DNA from: Candidatus Limnocylindria bacterium
Lineage (GTDB): Bacteria; Chloroflexota; Limnocylindria; P2-11E
Reading direction: 5' to 3'
Length of the DNA stretch: 59,034 nt
NCBI GenBank assembly: GCA_041493915.1
Contig: JBGPZT010000003.1
Location: 1-59,034 of the forward strand
Below, piece after piece: positions 19,773 through 29,842 of the stretch (position 1 is the first letter of the stretch; each line of letters starts with the position of its first letter). The translations under genes were made by a program, and so were the position numbers. The notes beneath the pieces were generated by a model. The model ran no database searches. It was not told the DNA's origin and saw only the letters and a program-made list of their open reading frames with translations.

Positions 19773-20413
19773 CTGGCGGCACGACCATCGACAGGCGAGC
19801 ACCGAGTAGTGCCACGCGCAGCGTGGCACGCGTCTACGACCGTATCGCCTTCCTGTACGACCTGTACGACGCACCAATGAACGCGCTCGGCGGTCGGAAG
19901 CGGCGACGCCAGCTGATCGCGCGTGCCCATGGCAAGGTCCTTGAGGTCGGCATCGGCACTGGCGCGAATCTCGATCTCTATCCCGCCGGCATCGACCTCG
20001 TCGGCATCGACGTCTCGCCCCGGATGCTCGCGAAGGCGCGTCGTCGTGCCTCGCGGCTCGGCGCCAACGTCGCGCTGCGCGAGGCGGACATCGAGCGTCT
20101 GCCGTTCCCCGACGCCACCTTCGACACCGTCGTTGCCACGTGCGTCTTCTGCTCGGTGGCCGACCCTGCCCGGGGTCTCGACGAGGTTCGTCGAATCCTC
20201 AAAGCAGGCGGATCCGCCCTACTGCTCGAGCATGTCCGTCCCGAGAATCCCGTGATGGGGCGGCTCGCGGACCTCATCAGCCCGCTCGTCAAACGGCTCG
20301 TCGGACCAGAGTTGAATCGCAACACGGAAGAGACCGTCGCGCGCTCCGGGCTACGCGTCCTCGAGGTCCGCCGCGAGACGATCTGGCGCGAGATCGTCGC
20401 CACCCGCGACTGA
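19769..20413 (+). CDS. Class I SAM-dependent methyltransferase
   Basis: VLEVGIGTG, FDTV, FCSV, LLEHV. Confidence 0.9.
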   Translation: MTGGTTIDRRAPSSATRSVARVYDRIAFLYDLYDAPMNALGGRKRRRQLIARAHGKVLEVGIGTGANLDLYPAGIDLVGIDVSPRMLAKARRRASRLGANVALREADIERLPFPDATFDTVVATCVFCSVADPARGLDEVRRILKAGGSALLLEHVRPENPVMGRLADLISPLVKRLVGPELNRNTEETVARSGLRVLEVRRETIWREIVATRD

Positions 20414-20438
20414 CCGCGGAGGCTCGGCGCCGCGGGTT

Positions 20439-20477
20439 TCTCAGCCGATGCTCAGAGCGTCCCAATCTTCGCGCCAG
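20439..20477 (+). promoter_or_regulatory. MprA-box-like array
   Basis: TCTCAG,GCTCAG,CCCAAT,CGCCAG at 11-bp period, 8 bp before the GTG. Confidence 0.65.
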
Positions 20478-20485
20478 CCCGCGTC

Positions 20486-21601
20486 GTGAGGCTCGAAGCC
20501 GTGAACCTTGGCGTGCGGAATCTCACACGCGACCGGACCCGGCTCGGCCTCTCCGTCGCGGGCGTCGCGCTTGCCACCATGCTCGTGCTGTTGCTCTCGG
20601 GCTTCCTCGACGGCATGAACGCGCAGATCACGTCGTACCTCGATCACTCGCCCGGCTCGATCGTCGTCGCGCAGTCGGGGATCAAGAACATGCTCGTCGC
20701 GACCTCGGTGCTCCCCGCCGGAACCCGCGACCGTGTGCTCGCGACCGAGGGCATCGCGACGGCCGCGCCGATCCTCTCGTCGTTCGTCATTCTCGAGCTG
20801 CGCGGTGAGAAACGCTCCGCCTATCTCGTCGGCTTCGACGCCGCCCTCGGCGGGGGACCCTGGCGGCTCGCCGGCGGTCGTGACGTGACGACGGACGACG
20901 AGGCCGTTGTCGACCGAGCACTGGCGCGCCGCTACGACCTCGCCGTCGACGACCGCTTCGATCTCATGGGTCGGCGCTTCACGATCGTGGGAATGTCCGA
21001 AGGAACGACCTCGTGGATGACGAGCTTCATCTTCGTGCGCAAGAGCGCGGCGGAATCGCTCTTCAGCCTGCCGGACATGACGAGCTTCCTGCTCGTCACG
21101 CCCACCGCCGGAACGAGCGAGGCGGATCTGCGAGAGCGGCTGAACACGATCCGGGGCGTGAGCGCGCGCCCCAAGGCCGAGGTCGCGCAGAACGACGTGG
21201 ATGTGTTCTCGCGCGTGATCGGACCGCCTGTGCGGCTCATGACCGGCATCGCGTTCCTGGTCGGGACGCTCGTGGTCGGTCTCGTGCTCTACTCCGCGAC
21301 CCTCGAGCGGCGGCGCGAGTACGGCGTGTTGAAGGCGATCGGCGGATCGGCGCGGGCCCTGTACCGCGTCACGCTGACGCAGGCAGTCATCGTCACCCTC
21401 GCCGGCGCAGCGCTCGGACTGATGCTCGCGGTCGGCGAGGCCCAGCTCGTGATGGAGCTGCGCCCGCAGTTCCTCGTCACCTTCGAGCCACGGACGGTTG
21501 CCACCGGGCTCGCCGCGAGCGCGCTCATGGCGCTCCTTGCTGTTCTCCTGCCAGCGCGCGTCATCGCCGCGCTCGCGCCGGCGGATGTCTTCCGGAGATA
21601 A
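20486..21601 (+). CDS. ABC transporter permease (MacB/FtsX family)
   Basis: RNL..R, large extracytoplasmic loop, ERRREYGVLKAIG. Confidence 0.9.
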   Translation: MRLEAVNLGVRNLTRDRTRLGLSVAGVALATMLVLLLSGFLDGMNAQITSYLDHSPGSIVVAQSGIKNMLVATSVLPAGTRDRVLATEGIATAAPILSSFVILELRGEKRSAYLVGFDAALGGGPWRLAGGRDVTTDDEAVVDRALARRYDLAVDDRFDLMGRRFTIVGMSEGTTSWMTSFIFVRKSAAESLFSLPDMTSFLLVTPTAGTSEADLRERLNTIRGVSARPKAEVAQNDVDVFSRVIGPPVRLMTGIAFLVGTLVVGLVLYSATLERRREYGVLKAIGGSARALYRVTLTQAVIVTLAGAALGLMLAVGEAQLVMELRPQFLVTFEPRTVATGLAASALMALLAVLLPARVIAALAPADVFRR

Positions 21602-21605
21602 CGCG

Positions 21606-22721
21606 ATGTTCCATCTGGCCCACCGCAACCTCTTCCAGAGCAAGGCCAAGGCGCTCATGGCGATGGGTGGCGTCGCGCTCGCGTTCATGCTCATCTTCTC
21701 GCTCGATGCGGTGCTCGCCGGGCTCGAGGGGCGCATCGCGTCCTTTATCGAGAAGACCGGCGCGGACGTGTGGGTCGCGCAGTCCGGCGTGCGGAATATG
21801 CACATGGCCTCGTCCACGATCCCGCGCAGCGTCGTCGACCAGGTGCGCACGATCGAGGGCGTCGCGGAGGCCTCGCCGGTGCGCTACCTCACGAACGTCA
21901 TAGTCAGAGACGACAAGCCGTACATCGCGTACGTGATCGGCCTTCCCGAGGGCGCGACGATGGGCACGCCGGCGAAGATCGCGGCCGGTGACGCGTATCC
22001 GAAGCCGGGCGAGGTGATTGTGGACGGTGCCCTGAGGCAGGAGAGCGCCAAGGTCGGCGATACCGTGCAGATCCTGGGCTCCGACTTCCGGATCGGCGGG
22101 CTCGCGGAGGGCCTCGCCAGCACGCTCTCCTCGCTCGCGTTCATTCGCCTCGACGACTTCGACCGCCTTCTCGGCAACGCGAGCACAACGAGCTACGTGC
22201 TCGTGCGCGTCGCGCCAGGCGTCTCGCCCGACGACGTGGCCGCTCGGATCGAAGCGGCGGTCCCGAGCGTCACCGCGTCATCGACTGCGAGGTTCGGTGG
22301 TGAGGAGCGCAAGGTCGTGCGCGACATGAGCACCGAGATCGCCGTGATCATGAACCTCGCGGGCGTCCTCATCGGCCTCGCCGTGATGGCGCTCTCCGTA
22401 TACACCACGACCGTGTCGCGCCTGTCGGAATTCGGACTGCTGCGCGCCCTCGGTGCCGCACGCCGGCACTGCTACGGCGTCGTGCTCGGCCAGGCGGTGC
22501 TCACGGTCGCGCTCGGCTTCGGGCTCGGTCTCGCGTTCACCTACGCGGCGTCGGCCATCGCGCCGCTCGTCGATCCGCTCCTATACATGCAGATCACTTG
22601 GCCGTCGATCCTGAAGGCGGCCGGGATCTCGCTCGTCGTCGCGGGCCTCGCCGCGATCGCGCCCATCGCGCAGATCTCGGGCGTCGACCCCGCGATCGTC
22701 TTCCGGAGGAAGGTCGCATGA
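21606..22721 (+). CDS. ABC transporter permease (MacB/FtsX family)
   Basis: RNLF, GADVWV, EFGLLRALGA, DPAIVFR. Confidence 0.9.
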   Translation: MFHLAHRNLFQSKAKALMAMGGVALAFMLIFSLDAVLAGLEGRIASFIEKTGADVWVAQSGVRNMHMASSTIPRSVVDQVRTIEGVAEASPVRYLTNVIVRDDKPYIAYVIGLPEGATMGTPAKIAAGDAYPKPGEVIVDGALRQESAKVGDTVQILGSDFRIGGLAEGLASTLSSLAFIRLDDFDRLLGNASTTSYVLVRVAPGVSPDDVAARIEAAVPSVTASSTARFGGEERKVVRDMSTEIAVIMNLAGVLIGLAVMALSVYTTTVSRLSEFGLLRALGAARRHCYGVVLGQAVLTVALGFGLGLAFTYAASAIAPLVDPLLYMQITWPSILKAAGISLVVAGLAAIAPIAQISGVDPAIVFRRKVA

Positions 22722-23623
22722 ACGCTCCCACACTCTCGGTCTCACATCTCACCAAACGCTTCGGGACGGCCGCGACCGAGGTCGTCGCCGTTCGTGATGT
22801 CTCGCTCGAGGTCGCACCCGGCGAGGTGGTGCTCATCATGGGGCCATCGGGGTCCGGTAAGACCACGCTGCTCCTCATGCTCGGCGCGCTGCTGCGCGGG
22901 AGCGAGGGCGAGATCCGCCTGGACGGCGAGGTCCTGAGCGCGCTCCCGGAGGACAAGCTGCCCGCGATCCGGCTGCGCCGCTTCGGCTTCATCTTCCAGG
23001 ACTTCAACCTGCTCTCGGCGCTCACCGCGCTCGAGAACGTCGCGATCGTCGCCGAGCTCGCTGGCGTGCGTAGCAAGGACGCCAAGGCGCGCGCGACCAA
23101 GCTGCTGCTGGACCTCGGCCTCGGCGAACGCTTGCACTTCCTGCCGGAGAAGCTGTCGGGAGGCGAGAAGCAGCGAGTGGCGATCGCCCGGGCCCTGGTC
23201 AACGACCCCACCTTCATCCTCGCCGATGAGCCGACCGCGAACCTCGACTCCAAGATCGGACACGAGATCATGCGGCTCCTGCGATCGATCGCGAAGGAAC
23301 AGGGACGTTCGATCGTGATCGTCTCCCACGACCAGCGGATCAAGGACATCGCCGACCGCGTGCTGTGGCTCGAGGACGGAGCGTTCAAAGAGGCCACGGC
23401 GATGCTCGTCGATCCGGTCTGTGGCATGCATGTCGAGCAGGCGAGCGGTATCGTCGCGGTCTGGGATGACGAGCGCTTCGCCTTCTGCTCGCGCGGCTGC
23501 CGCGATGAATTCCTCGCCAAGCCGTACCGCTTCTTCGCGGACGCCGAAGCGTCCGGGCGCCATGAGACAGCAGTGCGCGACGTGGTGCGACAGGAAGCGG
23601 CGCTTGCGGGAGGTCGAACGTGA
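22718..23623 (+). CDS. ABC ATP-binding protein (LolD/MacB-like) with C-terminal YHS domain
   Basis: GPSGSGKT, LSGGE, ADEPT; DPVCGM...FCSRGC. Confidence 0.92.
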   Translation: MNAPTLSVSHLTKRFGTAATEVVAVRDVSLEVAPGEVVLIMGPSGSGKTTLLLMLGALLRGSEGEIRLDGEVLSALPEDKLPAIRLRRFGFIFQDFNLLSALTALENVAIVAELAGVRSKDAKARATKLLLDLGLGERLHFLPEKLSGGEKQRVAIARALVNDPTFILADEPTANLDSKIGHEIMRLLRSIAKEQGRSIVIVSHDQRIKDIADRVLWLEDGAFKEATAMLVDPVCGMHVEQASGIVAVWDDERFAFCSRGCRDEFLAKPYRFFADAEASGRHETAVRDVVRQEAALAGGRT

Positions 23624-24420
23624 CCTTTGAACATGGCCCCGAGAGACACCCGGACGCGGCCTCCGAGGGGCAAACACCGGTATCGTCTTCGGTGGTGGCC
23701 ACCGACACCGCGCAGGCGCCCGGCGCGGGTCCGGCCCGTCCCGGTCGGCTGCTCGTCGTCGACGACGACGAGAACGTCACGAACATGCTGCGCCGCGCGC
23801 TCTCGTTCGAGGGCTACGCGGTCGCGACCGCGCGCGACGGTGCCGCCGCGCTGAAGAAGACGCTCGAGTTCGCTCCCGACCTCGTGGTGCTGGACATCAT
23901 GATGCCGGGCATCGACGGCGTGGAGGTCGCCCGGCGTCTGCGCGCGGGCGATCCGCAGCTCGCGATCCTCATGCTCACCGCCAAGGACGCGGCTGCCGAC
24001 CAGATCGTCGGCCTCGACGCCGGCGCCGACGACTACCTCGTGAAACCGTTCACGCTCGAGGTGCTCACCGCACGCATCCGCGCGTTGCTGCGGCGCAAGG
24101 AGCCGAGTGAGGTCGAAGTGCTGCGCTTCGTCGACCTTGCGCTCGATACCGGCACGCGCAGCGCGCGGCGCGGCACGCGCGAGATCGCGCTCACCACCAC
24201 CGAGTACGAGCTCCTGCTCCAGTTCCTGCGCCACCCGCGCCAGGTGCTCGAGAAGGAGCAGCTCACCGAGAAGGTCTGGGGCTACGACTTCGGTGGCAAC
24301 TACAACGTGCTCGAGGTGTACGTCCGCTACCTCCGCCAGAAGCTGGAGGCCGCCGGCGAGCCGCGGCTCATCCACACGCTGCGCGGCGCCGGATACGTCC
24401 TGCGCGAGCCCGCGACCTAG
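23620..24420 (+). CDS. OmpR-family response regulator, MprA-like
   Basis: LRRALSFEGY, LDAGADDY, VWGYDF..NVLEVYVRYLRQKLE..GEPRLIHTLRGAGYVLRE; true start may be downstream. Confidence 0.9.
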   Translation: MTFEHGPERHPDAASEGQTPVSSSVVATDTAQAPGAGPARPGRLLVVDDDENVTNMLRRALSFEGYAVATARDGAAALKKTLEFAPDLVVLDIMMPGIDGVEVARRLRAGDPQLAILMLTAKDAAADQIVGLDAGADDYLVKPFTLEVLTARIRALLRRKEPSEVEVLRFVDLALDTGTRSARRGTREIALTTTEYELLLQFLRHPRQVLEKEQLTEKVWGYDFGGNYNVLEVYVRYLRQKLEAAGEPRLIHTLRGAGYVLREPAT

Positions 24421-24432
24421 GACGCCGGCGGC

Positions 24433-25827
24433 GTGAGTATCCGCCTGCGGCTCGCGCTCTGGTACGGAGCGCTTCTCGCGTTCGTGCTCGGCGCCACGCT
24501 CGCCGTCGCGTTCGTCATCCACACCGGGTCCCATGAGAGCGATGTCGATTCGTCGCTGCGCACGTCCTGGGAACACGCGGCCTCAGAGCTCACCGCCCGT
24601 GGCACCGATCCGTCGCACCTCGCGACCCTCACCAAGCCGGCGCAAGCAGCGAGCTCGCCGACAGCGATCTGGCTGGTCATCCTGGGCGACACCAACGCGC
24701 TTGGCGGCGGGGACACCGAGGATCCGCTCCTCTCGCAGTTCCGGCCCGCGTCTGCGAGTGATGGGCTTCAGGACTCACGACTTGCGAACGGCCGCGTCCG
24801 CGCGTACGCCGCGAACCTGCCGGGTGTCCAAGGTACGCGGCTCGTCGTGGCCGCATCGATGTCGGCATTCGACGCGTCGCTCGGCAATCTCGGCCTGATC
24901 CTCGCCCTCATGGGCCTCGCGGGCATCGCGTTCGCGGTGACCGGCGGGTGGGCGATCTCCGCCGGCGCCTTGCGGCCGATCGCAAGGATGACCGAGACGG
25001 CGCGCGCGATCGCGGTCTCCCGCGGCTTCGCCCGGCGGATCGAGGTCCGCGACGAGGGCCGCGACGAGTTGAGCGAGCTCGGGCGCACGTTCAATTCCAT
25101 GCTCGCTAGCCTCGACGATGCGTATCGGCGCCAGCAGCGCTTCGTCGCTGATGTCTCGCACGAGCTGCGCACACCGCTCACTGCGTTGCAGGGCGACCTC
25201 GAGCTCCTCGCGCGCGGTCAGCTTCCCCCGGACGAGGCCCAGGCGACGCTCGCCGAGGCGCGTCAGGAGACACGCCGTCTCGCGCGGCTGGTCGATGATC
25301 TGCTCGTGCTCGCGCGGGCGGACTCTGGTCCGCAGCCCTTCATTGGCAAGCCTGTGCCGCTCGACGAGGTCCTGATGGAAGTGTTCCGCGAGCTGCGCGG
25401 CCAGGCCGGATCGCGTTTGCGCGTCGTCGACCTCGAAGCAAGCGTCGTGGTGGGGGAGCGTGATCGGCTCAAGCAGCTGGTCCTGATCCTCACCGACAAT
25501 GCGCTGTCGTATACGCCGGGCGATGGGGCGGTGCTGCTCTCGCTGCGCCGCGACGGCAGCGAGACGGTGCTCGCGGTCGAGGACGAAGGGATCGGCATCA
25601 GCTCGGAGACTGCGGCGCGCGCCTTTGAGCGCTTCTACCGCGGCGAGGAGGCGCAACGTCTCGATCCCGCGGGAACGGGTCTTGGGCTCTCCATCGCGAA
25701 GTGGATCGTCGAGCGCCACGGCGGCGCCATCACCCTCGCGCAACGCGCTTCCCGCGGGACCGTCGTGACGGTACGTCTGCCGGCCGTCGTGCAGCTGGAG
25801 TCAAAGGCGGACGCGACCGCGGCCTGA
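24433..25827 (+). CDS. HAMP sensor histidine kinase
   Basis: SHELRTPL, DNA, DEGIGI, GTGLGL. Confidence 0.92.
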   Translation: MSIRLRLALWYGALLAFVLGATLAVAFVIHTGSHESDVDSSLRTSWEHAASELTARGTDPSHLATLTKPAQAASSPTAIWLVILGDTNALGGGDTEDPLLSQFRPASASDGLQDSRLANGRVRAYAANLPGVQGTRLVVAASMSAFDASLGNLGLILALMGLAGIAFAVTGGWAISAGALRPIARMTETARAIAVSRGFARRIEVRDEGRDELSELGRTFNSMLASLDDAYRRQQRFVADVSHELRTPLTALQGDLELLARGQLPPDEAQATLAEARQETRRLARLVDDLLVLARADSGPQPFIGKPVPLDEVLMEVFRELRGQAGSRLRVVDLEASVVVGERDRLKQLVLILTDNALSYTPGDGAVLLSLRRDGSETVLAVEDEGIGISSETAARAFERFYRGEEAQRLDPAGTGLGLSIAKWIVERHGGAITLAQRASRGTVVTVRLPAVVQLESKADATAA

Positions 25828-26212
25828 GCACGACGATGGACCCGTGATCTGAATCGTCCTCGCGTTCGTTTCGCTGCTGTCGTTCAGGCTGCGCTTGTGC
25901 AACCCTCGTCGACAGATAGAGTCCCGACCTCCCGCGGCGGTTCCGTTAGAGAGAGAACGCTGCGCCGAGCGTACCCGGCGTCCGAAGGGCCCCCGAGGTA
26001 AAGCCGTTTGGACTCTCTAGCGGCGGTTTGTCTGCTTAGAACATGCGCATGCTGTCATCTCAAACGCATCCTCAATTCGCCCAGCGTCGCCCGTCACGGC
26101 CGATTCCGATTCACAGCCGAAAGGTCCTCAGGCCGCTCTCAGCCGCGTTCCAGAACGGCGCAAGCCGCGAGCACGACGATGGACTCGTGATTTGGATCGG
26201 CCTCGCGTTCGT
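25826..26212 (+). repeat. 44-bp imperfect direct repeat (25826-25869 / 26169-26212)
   Basis: 40/44 identical; the first copy is a dead duplicate of the cupredoxin gene start (TGG to TGA). Confidence 0.75.
26126..26153 (+). promoter_or_regulatory. MprA-box-like array
   Basis: CCTCAG,TCTCAG,TTCCAG at 11-bp period. Confidence 0.65.
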
Positions 26213-26564
26213 CTTCACCGCCGTCGTCCTGCTGCTGGTCTCGCGCTCGCGCACTCGAGCGCTGCGGGCGCGCCGTCTCGCGGATGGGACGCAGGAGATG
26301 CGCGTCGTCGTGGACCGTGGCTACACCCCGTCGCGCATCGATCTCGAGGCTGGGATCCCCGCGACGCTGCGCTTCGAGCGGCGCGAGGACGACCCGTGCA
26401 CGGAGCTGCTCGTGAGCGACCTCTGGCCCAGCGCGCACCGGCTCGTCGCGCATGGCGAGACACCCATCCGCTTCACGCCGGAGCGACCGGGGCGCTTCGT
26501 CTTCACCTGCGGCATGGGCATGTACTCCGGCGAGCTGGTCATCCATGAAGGGAGAAACAACTGA
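26187..26564 (+). CDS. CupA-like membrane-anchored cupredoxin copper chaperone
   Basis: GYTP, PCTE, FTCGMGMYSG. Confidence 0.85.
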   Translation: MIWIGLAFVFTAVVLLLVSRSRTRALRARRLADGTQEMRVVVDRGYTPSRIDLEAGIPATLRFERREDDPCTELLVSDLWPSAHRLVAHGETPIRFTPERPGRFVFTCGMGMYSGELVIHEGRNN

Positions 26565-26752
26565 TGGAAGGTCTACTCGCGTTCCTGCCTTTCGCGCTGC
26601 TGTTCCTGCTGTGTCCGCTGATGATGCTGTTCATGCATCGGGGCCACGAGCACCACGTTGATGATCGTGAGGAGCTGCTGCGGCTGCGTGCCGGTGCTCA
26701 GTCCCCTTCCCAGACGACCGACGAGCAGCCCTCGGCGGCCGCGCACCACTAA
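26564..26752 (+). CDS. DUF2933-like small membrane protein
   Basis: LLCPLMMLFMH.GH motif. Confidence 0.8.
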   Translation: MEGLLAFLPFALLFLLCPLMMLFMHRGHEHHVDDREELLRLRAGAQSPSQTTDEQPSAAAHH

Positions 26753-26795
26753 AGAGGCGGATCTGTCCGCCCAGCGTTTATTTCTCATTCCGAAC

Positions 26796-26834
26796 TCACA
26801 GCCGACCCTCAGGCGGTCGCCAGTTTCTGCTCAG
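26796..26834 (+). promoter_or_regulatory. MprA-box-like array
   Basis: TCACAG,CCTCAG,CGCCAG,GCTCAG at 11-bp period. Confidence 0.6.
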
Positions 26835-26999
26835 CGGAGCCCGCCATGGTGGTGTGAGTAGCACAGCACGGAGGTGGCTCGATGTTCCTCATGCACGGTC
26901 TACACGGCGGTCACGGCGGGCACTCCGGACTTGACCCCAAGCAGGGACAGGCTGGACCCGCCGATCGCGAGCAGACCGCGTCGCGAGGAGCGCACCTGC

Positions 27000-29468
27000 A
27001 TGACTAGCGCCGCCGCACTCTCGGCGAAGGTCACGCTGGCGCTCACCGAGCTGAGCTGCGCCTCCGAGGCGCAGAGCCTCGAGCGCGTCCTCCGACCCGT
27101 GCGCGGGGCGCGCAGCGTCGTCGTCAACCCCGTCACGGCGCGCGCCACGATCGACGCCGACCTCACCGACCTCGACCTCGTTTCGCTCACCACGCTCGTG
27201 CGTGAGATGGGCGTGCAGGTAACGCGCGTCGATGTGGATTTGCGCGCGAACGGGGACGCCGACACCGTCGCCCGCTTGGCTCGCGGTCTCGCCCCCGCGG
27301 TCGCGGAGGTCCGGACGGATCGCGCCCGTGGCCGACTGCACGTCGAGGCGCTCGGCGATAGCGCGAGCGTCGCGGCTCTGGCGCGCGTGTTGCACACGGA
27401 TCGCGTTGCGCAGCCAGAGAAGGAGGAGGCCAGTTTCGACGCCACGGCGAGCGAGAGCGAGCGCGAGTACCGGCGCCTCATGCGCAAGTGGTGGTTCGCG
27501 GCCGCGGTCGCCGCACCGACGATGATCCTCTCGTATCCATGGCTCTTCCCGCTCCTCCGCGACCTCTTCCCGCGAGGGAGCGAGCAACTCCACCACCTGT
27601 GGGTCGCGATGGGCATCGCGAGCCTCGCGGTCCTCGCGTACTCGGGTAGCCAGTTCTTCGTCGGTCTCGTCGACAGCCTCAAGCACCGCTCGGCGAACAT
27701 GCACACGCTCATCGCGATCGGGACGGGCACGGCATGGCTCTACTCGACGGTCGCCCTCCTCGCGCCTCAGCTCTTCCCCTCCGGGGATTTCACCGATGTG
27801 TACTACGACGTGACCGCGGTCGTGACCGCGCTCGTCGTCCTTGGTATGGCCATGGAGATCAAGGCGCGCGGGCGCACCAGCGAGGCGATCAAGAAACTCA
27901 TCGGCCTGCAGCCGCGCACCGCGCGGGTCATCCGGGATGGCAACGAGACCACCGTGCCGGTCGCCGAGGTGCAGGTCGCCGAGCTCGTCGTCGTCCGTCC
28001 CGGCGAGCGGATCCCGCTCGACGGCGCGCTCGTGTCCGGGTCGTCCGCGATCGACGAGTCGATGATCACCGGCGAGTCGATCCCCGTGGACAAGGCCTTC
28101 GGCGACGAGGTCATCGGCGCGACGATGAACACGCATGGCTCATTCACTTTCCGTGTCACGAAGGTCGGAGCGGACACCGCGCTCGCCAACATCGTGCGCC
28201 TCGTCCAGGACGCGCAGGCCACAAAGGTCCCGATCCAGCGGATCGTCGACCAGGTGAGCGCGTACTTCACGCCGATCGTGGTCATGCTCGCGCTGGCCGG
28301 CTTCGTCGTCTGGTACGACTTCGGCCCCGCGCCCGCCTTCGCCTACGCGACGATCGTCATGGTCACGACCCTCATCATCGCCTGCCCCTGCGCGCTTGGG
28401 ATGGCGACGCCGATGTCGCTCACCACCGGCATCGGCAAGGCCGCCGAGCACGGTGTGCTCATCCGCTCCGGCGGGGCGCTCCAGGGCGCACAGCGCCTGC
28501 AGACGATCGTGCTCGACAAGACCGGCACGATCACCAAGGGCGAACCCGCGCTCACCGACGTGGTGGCGCTCGTTCCGTTCACCGAGGAGCAGCTTCTGCA
28601 GCTCGTCGCCAGCGCCGAGCATGGCTCCGAGCATCCCCTTGGCGCGGCGATCGTGAAGGGCGCGCTCGCACGCAAGGTCGCGCTGCGTCCGATCTCGGAC
28701 TTCACCTCGGTCGTCGGCGGTGGCGTCGTCGCGATCGCCGATGGACACCTCGTGCGGGTGGGGAACGAGCGCTTCCAGCGCGAGGCCGGCGTCGACCTCG
28801 GCGGTCTGCCGGGTCCGTGGGCCGTGCTCGCCGAGGACGGCAAGACGCCGATGTACGTGAGCATCGACGGTCGGCCGGCGGGACTCGTGGCCGTCGCGGA
28901 CACCGTGAAGGAAGACTCCGTGCGCGCGATCAAGCGTCTGCGTGAGCTTGGCCTCGAGGTCGTGATGCTCACCGGCGACAACGAGCGCACCGCGAGGGCA
29001 ATCGCCCGCCAGGTCGGCGTCGATCGGGTACGCGCCGAGGTCCTGCCCGGCGACAAGGCGATGGAGGTGCGCAAGCTCCAGCTGGAGGGCAAGCGCGTCG
29101 GCATGGTCGGCGACGGCACCAACGATGCGCCCGCTCTCACGCAGGCCGATGTCGGCTTCGCTATCGGTACTGGGACCGACGTGGCGATCGAGGCTGGCGA
29201 TGTGACGCTCATCGGTGGGAGCCTGCGGGGCGTTGTGCTCGCCATCGAGGTCTCACGGGCGACGATGCGCAACGTCTATCAGAATCTCTTTGGCGCCTTT
29301 GTCTATAACTCGCTGGGCCTGCCCGTTGCGCTCGGCGTGCTGTATCCCTTCTTCGGGATCCTGCTCTCGCCGATCCTCGCCGCTGCCGCGATGAGCTTCA
29401 GCTCGGTGACGGTGATCACGAACGCGAACCGGCTGCGCAAATTTACGTCCAGGGAGGTCATGACATGA
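27000..29468 (+). CDS. copA: Copper-translocating P1B-1 ATPase
   Basis: TGES, CPC, DKTGT, SEHPL, GDGTND, YN, MSFSS; degenerate HMA (CASE). Confidence 0.92.
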   Translation: MTSAAALSAKVTLALTELSCASEAQSLERVLRPVRGARSVVVNPVTARATIDADLTDLDLVSLTTLVREMGVQVTRVDVDLRANGDADTVARLARGLAPAVAEVRTDRARGRLHVEALGDSASVAALARVLHTDRVAQPEKEEASFDATASESEREYRRLMRKWWFAAAVAAPTMILSYPWLFPLLRDLFPRGSEQLHHLWVAMGIASLAVLAYSGSQFFVGLVDSLKHRSANMHTLIAIGTGTAWLYSTVALLAPQLFPSGDFTDVYYDVTAVVTALVVLGMAMEIKARGRTSEAIKKLIGLQPRTARVIRDGNETTVPVAEVQVAELVVVRPGERIPLDGALVSGSSAIDESMITGESIPVDKAFGDEVIGATMNTHGSFTFRVTKVGADTALANIVRLVQDAQATKVPIQRIVDQVSAYFTPIVVMLALAGFVVWYDFGPAPAFAYATIVMVTTLIIACPCALGMATPMSLTTGIGKAAEHGVLIRSGGALQGAQRLQTIVLDKTGTITKGEPALTDVVALVPFTEEQLLQLVASAEHGSEHPLGAAIVKGALARKVALRPISDFTSVVGGGVVAIADGHLVRVGNERFQREAGVDLGGLPGPWAVLAEDGKTPMYVSIDGRPAGLVAVADTVKEDSVRAIKRLRELGLEVVMLTGDNERTARAIARQVGVDRVRAEVLPGDKAMEVRKLQLEGKRVGMVGDGTNDAPALTQADVGFAIGTGTDVAIEAGDVTLIGGSLRGVVLAIEVSRATMRNVYQNLFGAFVYNSLGLPVALGVLYPFFGILLSPILAAAAMSFSSVTVITNANRLRKFTSREVMT

Positions 29469-29842
29469 CGCTCGATCAGATCCTCGTCACCCTCGTCGGC
29501 GCGCTCGCCGTCGCCGGCGTGGGTGCGTTCTTCCTCCTGCCCAAGAGCGAGGAGACTCGCGCCGTGCTCGGGTCATCCGGCTTGCAGGAAGCGATGATCC
29601 TGGTGAAGGGCGGCTACACACCGGACCTCATCGTCGCCGACGCCGGCGTCCCAATTCGCCTCACCTTCCTACGCACCGAGTCGAGCGCGTGCTCCGAGCG
29701 CGTGGTCTTCGCAGACTTCCACAAGAGCGCCGAGCTTCCCGAAAACCAGAACGTTGCGCTTGATCTGCCGGCCGCGAAGGTCGGCGAATACATCTTCCAG
29801 TGCGGCATGGGGATGCTCCGCGGAAAGCTCGTCGTCCGGTGA
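29465..29842 (+). CDS. CupA-like cupredoxin
   Basis: [19 protein letters not shown]. Confidence 0.88.
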   Translation: MTLDQILVTLVGALAVAGVGAFFLLPKSEETRAVLGSSGLQEAMILVKGGYTPDLIVADAGVPIRLTFLRTESSACSERVVFADFHKSAELPENQNVALDLPAAKVGEYIFQCGMGMLRGKLVVR

